Shown here one piece after another: positions 1 to 13,049 of a stretch of DNA of 64,000 bases. The translations under genes were made by a program, and so were the position numbers. The notes under the pieces were generated by a model. The model ran no database searches, was not told the origin of the DNA, and worked only from the letters and a program-made list of their open reading frames with translations. The stretch is from Octopus bimaculoides (taxonomy: Eukaryota): NCBI RefSeq assembly GCF_001194135.2, contig NC_068983.1, positions 137,266,340 through 137,330,339 of the forward strand. Reading direction: 5' to 3'. The number at the start of each line of letters is the position of its first letter. Positions within the stretch are counted from its first letter, which is position 1.

Positions 1-1917
1 TGAATAATGTAGTCATATATGTTCACTTAAAAGATTGGATGACCATAGCTGAACTGGACTAGCTTTGATCACAACACTGCTCAGTCGGGGTTGTTGTGCA
101 GGGATTAAACAAGAGCAAAACTGATATCCCATTTTCACAGCGACCATTGTAACAATAATAACATTTCTGATTTAGATACGAGGCCAGCAATTTTGAAGGT
201 GGGAGATCAGTTGATACCATTGACTCCAATATTTGACTAGTGCTTTATTTTATCGACCCGGCAGAAGCGAATTGTAAAGTAGACTTTAGCTGGATTGAGC
301 CGGGACGAATACCACAAGTAATTTTTCCTGCTCTCTAATGATTTTCTCAGCTCACCATTATTAAAGCTAAAATAATAACAGCAATAGAAAGCAGCATCTT
401 TGACGCCATCTCGAACAACAACAACAACAGCTAGTGCAGCAACAAGATCATTATCTCTTGAAAAGATATGTATAAATAAATGATTTCAGAATTTGCGCTG
501 TGTGTTAACTCTGAAATTTGATCCTTTTCCTACCGAGGAGAAATGAATTAAAGAAAGATGAAAAAGAACACAGAAATAACAAAAACAATGATAATAAAAA
601 GAAAAGACTTTGCGATAAATTGTCGGCCATTTCATCAATAATCGCAGTGACTAGTATGTATATAAAGCTGACGATGCAAAACATTGGTAATGGATACATT
701 TGTCCTTTGAGAAGAATAAATTAAAAAAATAATGTCCACATGGAACCAAGCAGTTGTTTACTTAGAGACCTGATTTTGACTGTCGTAAATAGATATGTTT
801 TAATTTTCAAGCACGATCACGCAGTGTTTACTCATTTCTTTGCAAAGACACATGTCCTTGGGTTTCTGGTTGAGTTGAAATTATATATAATGACTTTCAT
901 GGGCTTCTCTAGAATATTGGTGGAGTAAAATAAACATGAAATTCGTTTCGACTAGCAAATAATGTAGTAATTTATTTACTTAAATACAAATAAAGTTATG
1001 AGTGTTAAATTCTAGTCCAGATACATGAATATGAACATGATCTAACAGCAAACGAAGAGTAAACTATTCAAAACGTTGTTTTTTAGTACAGAAGGAGTAA
1101 AAAGAAAAACAAATTAACAGTCCGAGAAATCATTCCGTAGATAAGAATCCTCAATGTGTGACTTCAAAGGTGTTTTTTGTTTTTTCATTTCTTCAGGAAA
1201 TTAGTGACACAAATAGAATAATTTCCCACTCCCACCCCAAGCAGCAAAGGCATGAGTAGTCTTATCCACGGCTTTACTGGAAGTAATTAACAACACGAAT
1301 GAAATGAATCTATACATGAAAATTACGTCGGTGTGGGTTCGGTTGAAAGCTGTGATCGCATGATGGTCGCATTATACTTTTGTTCACCTTGTAACCAACG
1401 GTATATAACGATAAATATAGTATTAACTTTGTGGCGAGAAGTAAAACAATATGTAAGTATATATGCAGGGCCTCCGAGAGAAATTTTGCTATGTACGTCA
1501 AGATTGCTTTCGGTATTATCATCACTCTTCTCAAAATTCAAGGAGGCTGTGAGCATTTTCTATTTTCTTTTCTTTCTTTTTTTCAATTTTCTTATGGAGA
1601 GGCCTGTCACATATTCACGGGACTCGGGCTGATGTACCGGCTGAACCCGCCTTGTATAGGACGCGCGCGCGTATCTGTGTGGACTTGAAACGACATCACT
1701 ATTAATTATACCCATAATTTTATAATAATTTTATTCCGTCTTTTTTTTTGTATTTTGTTCCTTTTTTCTCTTCACGTGTGTGTGTGCGTGCGTGCGTGTG
1801 AGTGCCACGTGTGTGTGCGCATGAGTATGTTTATGCATGCGTATGTTTCAACCCTACAGATTTCGGGCTTTACGTTTCACTTTTTCAAGGGCAATTCGAC
1901 TTTTCTCGAACTGCAGG

Positions 1918-2260
1918 TTACAGGTTATCATTCCCTTCTGTTAAATGTGAAACGTCCCCAGTTAACAATGATAATGTTCAAAGATTTAACTTTGTCTTTT
2001 TTGACGACATGACCTTTTCATTTCATGTTGGTGCCATTTACCGTTACCGAGACCTAATTCTTCATTAAGTAATAGCATTAGAAACTTGAAATCATGACTC
2101 AAACTGATGATTACAGGTCATCATTCACTTCTGTTAAATATGAGATGTTCCCAATTAACAGATCTAATGTTCAAAGATTTAAGTTTGTCTTTTGTAATGA
2201 CATGACCTTTCTATTTTGTGTTGGTGCCTCTTACCGAGACCTAATTCTTCGTTAAGTAAT
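1918..2260. repeat. Diverged tandem duplication, period about 193 nt
   Basis: ttacagg.(t/c)atcattc.cttctgttaaat...taatgttcaaagatttaa...ttaccgagacctaattcttc.ttaagtaat occurs twice. Confidence 0.8.
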
Positions 2261-2927
2261 GACTCCGGAAATATTAAATCAAGACGGATAATACAACCAA
2301 CCCATCGTATATATATATATATGTAGTTCATAAAGCAACTTTCCATATTAAGACAGTCCGCTTTTTCCAGTATTTCTGTGTTATGTATAAAAGATTTACA
2401 ACTGATATTTAATGTTTTAAAGACGTCTGTTAAAATTTTTCGGACATCAATATAGCGTCCCTGTCTCAGACGAGTATAACAGGGATTTGCAAACTGTGAT
2501 GCAAATTTTCAAGATCCTCTCTGATCATATTCACTTTTGCAGTGTTCCAAACGCGATTGAAGCCCATTGAATTCTCAACTTAATCTCAGAATCTAGAGAT
2601 TCATTACTATAGACGGAGCTGTCGAGATATACAAAAATATTCAGTATGATCGTCTTGGCAATATAACTTGCAGAACTATGCACGGGACTTCCGCATGAGA
2701 TTGAACATGAAGAGTTGCGGACAATTGCGTAAGTAATTACGCAAGTGGTGACAACGAAACCGGTCTATGGTTAATCTTTATATCCTGCATCTTTGTCTTG
2801 CTCGCTTACGTTCTGGTGTTTGCTGAATTTTCTTGAGAACAATCTTTTCTTTGTGGTCAGACCATAGGTGGTCTACTTCTAGCAAAATGGATGTCCATTT
2901 AGTGGTCATCCCTTTTATATGTATGTA

Positions 2928-2985
<58 letters not shown>
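2928..2985. repeat. (TA)n microsatellite
   Basis: Direct inspection. Confidence 0.95.
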
Positions 2986-2987
<2 letters not shown>

Positions 2988-3214
2988 TTGTGTTTGTCTT
3001 TATATCTGTTTCTCCTGCCACCGCTTGAACCGGTGTTGGTGTGTTCACATCCTCATAACTTTGAGGTTTGGCAGAAGAGACGGACAGAATAAGTACCAGG
3101 CTTTAAAAAATAAGTACTGGAGTCGATTCATTCGACTAAAATTTCTTCAAAGCGTGCCTCAGCATGGCCGCTGTCTAATGACTGAAACAGGTAAAAGATA
3201 AAGATTAGAGTTAT

Positions 3215-3560
3215 GTAAGCTTTCGATTTAGCTTTGAAACGATTCATTTTAAGAAGTTTCCCTGTTGTGCGATAGCCAAGATCATAGTCCTTAAATACAT
3301 GAGCAATTACGACAGCAAAGTGTATAGAGAACAAAGTTGGCGCAAATATACTCTTCTGCTTAACACGATTGTTCATAGCGATTGGTTCCAACAGAGCATC
3401 ATTTGAGTTGAAGTAGGCTTGTGTATCAGTTCGTAGTTGGGCAAACACCAACACATTTAGGTGGGTAGCCTAACTTTCCCAAGATCTTCCATAATGCATT
3501 TCGATTCTCTGTATCAAAGGCCTTCGTGAAATCTACAAACACTTGAAAAAAAGAGGAGTA
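3215..3560 (-). mobile_element. RTE LINE reverse transcriptase fragment
   Basis: VFVDFTKAFDT..RNALWKIL.KLGYP and NRVKQKSIFAPTLFSI motifs. Confidence 0.7.
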
Positions 3561-3813
3561 TGTTCTATACACTTCTTTTGCCGCTATGTAACGTTTAAAG
3601 ATCATATGCATAGAGCCTTTTCTAGATCTGATTCTGCATTCAATTTCTGGGGCAACGATGGAACATACGTGTGTTTGTAAGGATTCAATAAACGTCTCGC
3701 GAATATCTAACTTACAAGTAAGGCAATATCACGATCCTATTTCTAAGTTTTCCCAAATACTGTACATATTAATGTGGACCCTATTTTCACGTCTTCTGAT
3801 CCATTTGGAACTG

Positions 3814-4030
3814 CGATGGGGTTGCTGAAAAGTTCCTGACCTTAAGAATATTGCGAAAGGCCTGGTTGGGGGCCCAACTTTCCGAGTCTTTTACATGGCT
3901 TAGAAAAACTGAAGGACTGCTGCAATAAGTGTGTGAATCTGAGAGCGGAATATGTTGAATAAAATCATAATTAACTGATCCTCCTGTATTTCCTTTTACC
4001 TAAAACCAGAAACTTTTCAGCACTCCATCG
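3814..4030. mobile_element. Mariner-type MITE
   Basis: Imperfect TIRs cgatggggttgctgaaaagtt / aaacttttcagcactccatcg|ta; internal remnant resembling the mariner C-terminus (KCVNLRAEYVE*). Confidence 0.6.
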
Positions 4031-4656
4031 TATACTTCCGAAAAACAAATTCTGTGACATATTCTAATTCAAAATCATCTAGTTTGATTATTTCCATGCT
4101 AGTTGAAAGTATCTTGCAATACATGTCATTAAGTTCTATGCCCCATTTTTTTATGCTTCGTTTAACAATTCAATGAATATATTCAATTTTGCAAAGATCG
4201 TCGATATTAGGATTGTGTCGTTTGGCTTTCTAATATCTATGTAGAGGACTCCAGCAAATACCAGGCTTTTATCGAAGTTTTTCAGTTCTTTCATAACACG
4301 TCAGGAAGATGTCGGAAAGGCAGACTCACTCGTATTCGAACCAATCTATCGGTTAACTATTCACGAACATAGCACTTACGATAGTGTTGTATAACGCGTC
4401 TCTGATTTGCACTATCTTCAGGAGTACAGTTATTTCTGTTATTACCTTTTATAAGACCTTTTCCTAAATAGCATCGAAGGCAGCTTTAAAGTCGACGAAG
4501 TTGAGGTGTAAGGGCATTTTGTGTCCTTTTTTACTCTCTTTTCTATGTCTCTCTGACCGTACCTCTATTAACTGTATAAGTATAAAACCAAAATTAACTC
4601 TCCCCGTCGTTTCGTTTTTATCCGCTCAGAGTGAGCAGAGTACGTGTGTGTGTGTG

Positions 4657-4699
<43 letters not shown>

Positions 4700-5102
4700 G
4701 TGGCGTATGCGAGTTCTGAATACCATGTGAAGAATTTATAAATAAATTCCCCACCACTCATATTTTGGCAGTCATGTGTATGGTTTATATACATGACTGC
4801 CAAAATATGAGTGGTAGGGAATTTATTTATAACCTCCATTTTTTTAAATCAGTTTTATTCATAATGTATTTTCTTCTCTCAAATTGTTTAGTGCTAGAAA
4901 ATATTTCACAAAAACAATGTCAGTTAAAAGTCTTTAGAGAGTCTTGTAAGAAAGAGAAATAAGAATTGTATGATGCTAAATTTTATACATTGTTCAGGTT
5001 ATTCTACATTCGNNNNNNNNNNNNNNNNNNNNNNNNNNNNNNNNNNNNNNNNNNNNNNNNNNNNNNNNNNNNNNNNNNNNNNNNNNNNNNNNNNNNNNNN
5101 NN

Positions 5103-5175
<73 letters not shown>

Positions 5176-6337
5176 CACTCTCTTAAATGTGCATCTCAGA
5201 TCTGCCAGCTTGTCTTCTCCACTTCATTTCACTCTTGCATATGCATTCTTACCTACTCTCCTGCTTAACGGGAGAAAATAAAATTTTCAGTATCTTTTTT
5301 TGAGTGACGAGATCGGAACATATGAAGGAACGGATGACTCCAACCAAGAAATCAACATTTTATCCATTTAATAATTGTAGTGCGTATGTTTCTGTATGTG
5401 TATGCATCGTTGTTGTTGATATTTTCAGCAATGGAAGCTTGAAAGCTTGCAAATAAGGAGCTTTAACTGCAGAACGAAACCATAGAATATTTTCAAGCAA
5501 CAGGTTGATACTCTTATCAACAGAAACACAATAATCAAAGCAATTTTCAACACGTCTCGAAAATTGTGAGTTCATATTTAACTTCAGGTAATAATTGTGC
5601 TTTGAGTAAAATACTTTCTCATCTGATTTAACCCTTTGAAAACTGATTGCTAGGGAAGGAAAAAACAAGGTAACACAACAATGTATTCATCCATAGACAT
5701 GAAACGTTAGAGTTATATAGAACTAGCAACCGTATCTGACCTGACCTGGGGTTATTAGAACAGTACATGCAGTAAAATAATTACAGTCAAATAAATTCAT
5801 TATAAATTTGGATAAATTGCCTTTAGAAAATGTTGGCACTCTTCAGCTAGTCCGGGAATATTATTCCACTAAGAATTGTTGCAATTCAAAAGATGGTTCA
5901 AGCTGTTTCATAAAAATAGCAAAAAATAAATCTAAGTTAAAATATTACTTCCATTTTCACAAGGAAAACATGCTTTTCTTTCTTTTTTCTTTTCTTTTTT
6001 TTCCATTTTTTTTAAAAGAAAAACTGTACTAATTTACATAATTACTTTAAATTAGTTTTTCTCTTAATCAGTAAATTTTTCCAGTATCTATTGCAGTACT
6101 TGGCGTTATACAATATTCTTGGTTTTTGTCAGAAGCTAAAATGAAATTTCAGAAATTATTACGTTATGACTGCTTACTTAAAAAAAAAGATCTATCCCTA
6201 TTTAAAATTTCATTTAGCTAGTTGCCCTGAGCTATGGTCTACGACTTAGAACATGCATACATACATACATACATACATACATTTTTATTGTGTGCGGTTT
6301 ATGTTTTTCCACTGCGATGAAATAAGAATATATCTGT

Positions 6338-6700
6338 GGGTGTGTTGTAAGTGGCTTGCTTACCAACCACATGGCTCCGGAGTCAGTCCCACTGCGTGTC
6401 ACTCCGAGCAAGTGTCTTCTACTATAGTCTCGGGCCGACCAAAGCCTTGTGAGTGGATTTGGTTGACGGAAACTGAAAGAAGCCTGCCATATGTGTATGA
6501 GTGCTTTTCCCTCCACCCACCATCGCTTGACAATTGATGCTGGTGTGTTTACGTCCCCATAACTTAGCAGTTCGACAAAAGAAACCGATAGAATAAGTAC
6601 TAGGCTTACAAAGAATGAGCCCTGGGGTCGATTTGTTCGACTAAAGGCGGTGCTCCAGCATGGCCGCAGTCAAATGACTGAAACAGATAAAAAAGTAAAA
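6338..6700 (+). mobile_element. Near full-length tRNA-derived SINE, family A (other copies at about 3000-3200, 7611-7930, 18405-18735, 23465-23850 minus, 48330-48540 minus, 53360-53725)
   Basis: Recurrent head gtaag..gcttgct.ccaaccacatgg..ccgg..tcagtccc and tail cagcatggccgcagtcaaatgactgaaaca. Confidence 0.8.
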
Positions 6701-8345
6701 GAGTTGGGATTACGAAACTGCAACGCAGCCTCAGCTTGTTGAGAACTAACCACTTACACATCACCAACTGCAGAAAGGGGTAAAACAATACGAGTGTTGT
6801 TTGTTTTTTTATATATCCAACTATCTTCAACAGACGATAAGAACGGCCAAGGTACACCGATTTGTTGCTACCCAGTTTTCTGTCTGCACCATCCACCGGA
6901 AGCAGCATTAACTTATCAGATACTGCTCGTCAGAAAGATTTTCCCCGGAGAATGTAAGTTCCAAAATGTTATAAACTTGAAACTGTAAGTAACGATTCCT
7001 GAGACTGCCTGAGTGCTGATGCTTAATCCTGTACATTACCTTTCCCTCAAGTTGGTGATTAGTATTCCTTTGCAGCTAATACAGGGCTATGAAAACAGAC
7101 CATCAGAGAAACAGAAAGATGAGCAAAGTTGGCGGAAATGGTTGAGTGTTATTCTAAGTTCTTATCACTCTGAAGTTGACTTTACATTTCATTACTCTCA
7201 CCATCATCATCATCATCATCATCTGTCGGCCACAATTTTCACTCACGTCGAGCGCAATGTAAGACGTGTCACACATCATCTTCTGTTATTCGTATCTCAA
7301 AGTCCATCGGCAGTCACAACATCACTGTCTTCTCCTTTCAGAATTTTGGCCATAGTTTTGGAATGAGAGTTGATAAAATAGTAACAAAAATATACTCGTG
7401 TTAATTGAATCTGGTCTACTCACTGACAAAAGTTAATTTCTCACATTTTCGCAAAGCGATTCACGCGGTACAAAAAAATATCGTTTGAAACGAATCCAGG
7501 ACATTGAGCTGATAAGAAGGTGGTAAAAAAAAAAAGAAACGACGCCCTAGGGTCTATGAAATATTTTGAAATTAGATAATAAGATAAGCTGTAACCAAAT
7601 AACTAAATCAAAGCCGACGTGGCTGAGCAGTGAGAAGTTTGCTTCCTCATCAGATGGTTTCGTGAGCAGTCCCAGTGGGAACCGACCAAAGCCTTTAGAG
7701 TGCATTTGGTTGACGGAAACTGAAAGAAGCCCGTCGTTTATATATGTGTGTGTGTGTGCGCGCGCGCGCATGTATATGTGTATCTTTGTGTTTGTGTTTG
7801 TCCCCTACCACCGCTTGATAACCAGTGTTGGTTTGTTTGCAGTTCGGCAAAAGGGCACAATAGAACTGGTACCAAACAAATCAAATACTGCGATCGATTT
7901 GTTCGATAATCCCAGCATGGCCGCAGAAACATAAGTCTGATCACACTGACTGATCGATCTTAAGCAGTTTCTCTCTCTGGGACCTCAGCTCCTTGATGGG
8001 GTCGCAGTAACATTCGGCGTGTCTTAAGTGTTTTAAACTTGGTCGAAACTATCCTTCTCCAGGTTTAAACACGGTTAATTTCTTCCTGAGATGAAGTAGT
8101 GTGTGTGTGTGTGTATGAGAGAGAGAGAGAGAGAGAGAGGCAGAAGAAAGGCGGAAAGGAGAGAGAGAGAAGACGAACCGGTCCCAATAATTGACTGGTA
8201 TTTGTTTATCGACTTCAAAAGGATGAAAGGCATATTTTACATATGTGGGATCTGAACTCAGGACCAATACCATAAAACATTCTATCCGATGTTCTAACGA
8301 TTCTGCCAATCGACCGCTACAAAACAATGATACGCAACATTAGCT

Positions 8346-8896
8346 GGATCTATTTTAAAACGGGGGCGCCAGTTTTCATTTATGTTTTATGTAGTGTTTT
8401 TGGTACCGAAAGACTTTCAAACTTCGTATACTTATCTATTTTGTGTTATAGAACAGAAAAATATTTTTGTATTCGAATTTATTTCATGTAAAAAATTTGT
8501 CTTATTTCGATAATTTCTACTAATCACTGACGTCTATTCAGTTGAAAACAGTTAGCGCTGTAACGGTGTATATCGTATTAATCCCCGTTAGTTCTGACAT
8601 TTCCGATTAACTAAACTGTTAACCCTAACCCTAANNNNNNNNNNGTCACAGGGAATAACATTTTTATGACCGCCCAGCACTTAATGTATTCGGCTGAATG
8701 GACGTCAGTGATTGGTTGAAATTACAGAAATACGACAACTTTAACATGGAATAACTTACGAATTCCTTTTTTTTGTCAAGAAGACTAAGAGTAAAAGATA
8801 TTTTATATGACACATTCTACCAGTGTCTCAAGTTTCAAAGTGTTTCGTTAGTGTTTCGTTAAGAAAATACTGGCGCCCCCGTTTTAAAATAGATCC
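8346..8896. mobile_element. MITE with 27-bp TIRs and 8-bp TSD (Merlin-like), containing (AACCCT)n
   Basis: TIR GGATCTATTTTAAAACGGGGGCGCCAG / CTGGCGCCCCCGTTTTAAAATAGATCC; TSD CATTAGCT at 8338-8345 and 8897-8904. Confidence 0.85.
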
Positions 8897-9343
8897 CATT
8901 AGCTGAGTCTTCCCTATTACCAGTTATGTAATATATAAAACAATACAAATTCATTTACAGATTCCTCCTCTTCCTCCTCCCCTTTTAGTCTCCATCATTC
9001 TTATTTCCTTTCCGTCATCATTTCCCTCTGCCACCATTTCCTTTCATTGCAATATCTTTTCCACCGAACTGCATGAATTATTGAACACAAACGTTAGCAC
9101 GCAGAATCGTTTGTACTCCGGACAAACGACTTGTTGGCATTTCTTCCAGTTTTACATTTTGAGTTCAAATTCCGCTGAGGAACTGAACTTTGTCTTTTTT
9201 TCTTCTGAGGTCGATAAAATAAGTACGAGTCGAGCACTGGTGTCGATATAATCGACTCGTCCTTTTCACGATAATTTCAGGCCCTTGTACTTATAGTAGA
9301 AAGCATTATTGAATACCACACCACACACACACACACACACACA

Positions 9344-9384
<41 letters not shown>

Positions 9385-9559
9385 ACTCACTCTCTCTTTT
9401 TTCTTTCTTTCATATACACATATACGTGTGCGCGCACGCACACACACACACACGCACACACTAACATTCTCTTGTTTGTAAGTTGTCACACTGTCACACG
9501 TATCATGGCTTCCAGTGGAGATTACTCACAAAATAATACCTATTTATAACAGGATGTCC

Positions 9560-10290
9560 CTTATTGAACCATCTGGTTCAACATTGTTGCTCCTTTAAAC
9601 CTCTGAAGCATAAAATTGGTGTCAAGAGATGTCATGGTCGACAATGGAGAGAACAACATTGAAATATTCATAAAAAATATCCGAAGAAATAACGAGATTA
9701 ATTTGACACTCTGCTGACAAATTGTACAGTAATTCAAATACAATAGAGAAAACGAAAGAAGTTTTTTGATGAGTTATGAAAGCCGTTCAGAGGATTCTGA
9801 TGCATGAAACTCCCTTATTTTGGAGGGGTTCTCCGCCCCGATTGACGATTCCTTCAAGTAGAAGCTTAACAAGATTTGAAACTGGAAAGAACACTTCTCA
9901 TACTTTTTTGTTGATCTGGAAATAGTTGTCTACACCGGAAAGTCTTTTGACCACAAAGTGCATGTCCTCTGCACAAACGTAAAATGCCCATGCAACTACC
10001 AAAATACTTTCAAATGAATTGACCGACATGAAAATTATAACATACTGTTGTAAGTTTGGGGAACTACTATTTAAACCCATGGATTTACTCAACGAAGTAT
10101 ACCGTTACAAACTGGAAAACATTACTCCAAATGTTTGTGTAAGGTTCTGAATTTTTTTTTCGCGATGCCTGCCATGGCAGCCTTAGCAAAATGCTTGTTC
10201 ATCGAACATTTTGCGAAAACTACAAATTGAAGTTGCAGATTTCAGATACACAAAACCTTTAGCGCAAGAAAGTATGCTAAATACTTCTGA
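9560..10290 (+). pseudogene. Degraded hAT (ZMYM1-like) transposase C-terminal remnant
   Basis: Fragments across frames: RKRKKFFDE, SLTRFE, NITPNVCV, LAKCLFIEH...FSARK; many stops. Confidence 0.45.
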
Positions 10291-10639
10291 CAAAGCTAAA
10301 ACCCAGTTCGGTATTGTGTGATCTTTGGTAATAAATAAATAGTTAAAATTATGCTGCACTTGGTTCTGATAACTGGTGAACGGGAGTTCGAAAACAACCT
10401 TCTTCTAGGGATAAATCTTTCTGTCCACGGTTCTGAAGAACCATACATGTTATTTATCATACGACTACAACATAATGTTCATGGGAACGAAATTTTTAAA
10501 AATGTCAGGTATTATTTTTACGCTCAACTTATAAAGAGGGTAGGAAACAACATTACAAAATAGGAGAGACAGACAGAATGAAAGCTAGTGGATGAGATAA
10601 CTGCTTGTCAGCTGAATCAGTAGAAAATCTGTGAAGACC

Positions 10640-10671
<32 letters not shown>

Positions 10672-11118
10672 CCAATCTGCCAACTAAATTGAATGCTTAT
10701 CTTGAAGATTTTGATAGATTTCGTTAATTTCATGGCGGTGATTTAGCAGAATCAGTAGAATGTCAGATTAAATGCCTTAAAATATTGTGTTTCGTTCCTC
10801 TACTTTCTAACTTCACATTCTTTTGTTTCGCCAACGTAAATTTTTTCAAGAAAATTTAAGAGGCCTTGTCATCGATACTACACAGCACCAACGACAGAAT
10901 AAAATTGATTGATCTTTTAGTTAATAATACTATTCTGGACAACTGAATCGTTGGTTTGTAGTAATGAGTTCATTATTCAGGACGAGAGTAGTTTCTCAAG
11001 CGTTTTATATTACTACCAATCAGAAATAAGCATATTCCGTAAATGTAACTGCTACTTTTTCCGCTTTATTTTTATTTATTTATTTATTATTATTATTGTT
11101 GTTGTTGTTGTTGTTGTT

Positions 11119-11930
11119 GCCTTTGCACAGCTTCTAACGCTGGAGATGTATTACAGTGTCAGCTGTTCACTACCAGTGAACTAAGGTAACACCTCTTATT
11201 GTTCGAACACCTTCCGGAGTATTCGAGCGGTTCCAAGCAGTGCTGTTTTCTGCGAGTGCTCCACCCTTACTGCAGCCCCTATTTGTTCCATGTACTTCTC
11301 GAGATTTTTGCTCACTGTTCCCAGGGCTCCGACAATTATTAGTACTACTGCTACCTTTTTCATCGACCACAACTACTTAACTTCCCAAGCTAACCTGTCA
11401 TATCTCTCGACTTTTCTTTCTTCTTTATCGCACACCTTGTTGTCAGCTGGGCATGCTATATCTATGATCCAGCATAGTTTGTTTTCTTTCTCAATTAAGA
11501 CTATGTCCGGCTTCCTATTCTCTATCTCATGGTCGCACTGAATCCTAAAATCTTTGCATTTCCATTTTCGACGATGCCTTCATGTTTGTGGTCGTACCAA
11601 TTTTTTGGCTCTGTCAAGTTCATACTTGTTGCAAAGTGTCTTATGGACAAGCCTGGCTAAATTGTTGTGGCATCTCTTATATTCCTTCTGGGCTAGTGGC
11701 GTACATTGGCTGGTAATATGCCATACGGTTTCACCGTTTTATCTACAGATTCTGCACTTATCACTTTCTGCTGTGTTGTCTATTCTGTATTTTATCTAGT
11801 TGGTTCTTAGTGATGGCTCTTGGGCAACACAGATTAGAGCCTCCGTTTCCGGTTTTAAATCACTTTTAGTCATCCACAGCCATCTTTTTTCTCTGTCTGT
11901 CTTATCTTCAACATCCCTATGAAATTGACC
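11119..11930 (-). mobile_element. R4/Dong-like RLE non-LTR retrotransposon 3' fragment
   Basis: Minus strand: LKPETEALICVAQE...CRIC...ETVWHITSQC...EYKRCH (CCHC), KPDIVLIEK...IIDIACPAD...E.K..Y (RLE), GALGTVSKNLEKY...QKTALLGTARILRKV; 3' end runs into (AAC)n/(AAT)n. Confidence 0.8.
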
Positions 11931-13049
11931 AAGTCTAAGAATTTCAATTTCTCTCTGGTTAACGAGATATCAAAAGCAAAACATGACAGTGGTGTGCCTT
12001 TGTGTACGGTGACTCTCAACTTATCAAAGAGTGCCCCATGCACTATGGATGTCAATGATAGGTCGTTTATATATTTGTAACGGAAATAGTATTCGTTGTA
12101 GTTCTGGGTCACCAATTTAACGGTTTGTGTCACCAATGTAACGGCAATGCAGTGGGTTGGTGATAGAATGATGTTGTAAGGGACAAGAAATTGAGTTAGT
12201 GAAAGTTATAGAGTCGATGGACGTTGTGTCTCAGAGTTGGCAGGTTGTAACCTTCTTTCTCCTTATGGCCGTTTGATCTCAAGTGGCTGCCTGCTTGTGG
12301 TCATGACTCTAGTTGGTCTCTGTTCACTAACTGATTTTGCCTTACCAAATTCTAGTATTTATAACTATCCAAAACCAGCTAGAAGGATAGATATATTGTT
12401 GAGAACAATAGATTTCGTTAGGGGTCTGTTGTCACTATTCTAGCTTTTGGTGGCCTAGAAGAGGTTAGAAGGGTCAAGTGGCAAAGATATTATTCTGCTT
12501 AGCGATGGCATCTGGCAAGTGTAACTCGTGTCACTCACAGAAAAACTATTGTTTTACCGTGAGAAAAGTGCTGTTGAACTGTTAAGTGAAATTTGACTAT
12601 CGAGAATCGAATCCACGCTATGCCTGCATGAAACCACTACATATTTATCTGCTCAGCTTCATTGTTGTGTCAAAAATACATTATGACTCTATGAATGGGA
12701 GTTCGTATATTAGCTCCATAAAATTTCATTGCAAATTTCAAAGACACTACTTCAGAAACATTTTTATACTGATGATACTAATTCTAAAGCACAAAAGGAT
12801 TATGACCTGCACTTGTTGTGTAAACCACAATGGTTTGTATATAATGAGCTTGAAATGATGAACTGTTGTCTGATTCTGCAGGAAAACTGTATCTTTCTTT
12901 GACGAAAGCTTCACCAACCAAATTCTGATATTTAGTTTTCTTCAGTTGGTGAGAAATGTCGAGTCTGCTCTCCCAGAGCAGATGAATAATTTTGCGCTCC
13001 AAGATAGTAAGTTTATCCAGATCAACTTGGGTGTGTCAGTATTATGTTT

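Noticed and set aside
505-928. Short ORFs at the window start
   Set aside because: Low complexity, no recognisable domain and no consistent splice signals.
6338-6420. tRNA-like heads
   Set aside because: These are SINE 5' regions, not complete cloverleaf tRNAs.
11930-12140. Minus-strand HKGTPLSCFAFDI, possibly an RT QGxPLS motif
   Set aside because: Too degenerate to assign to a family or to link to the adjacent R4/Dong fragment.
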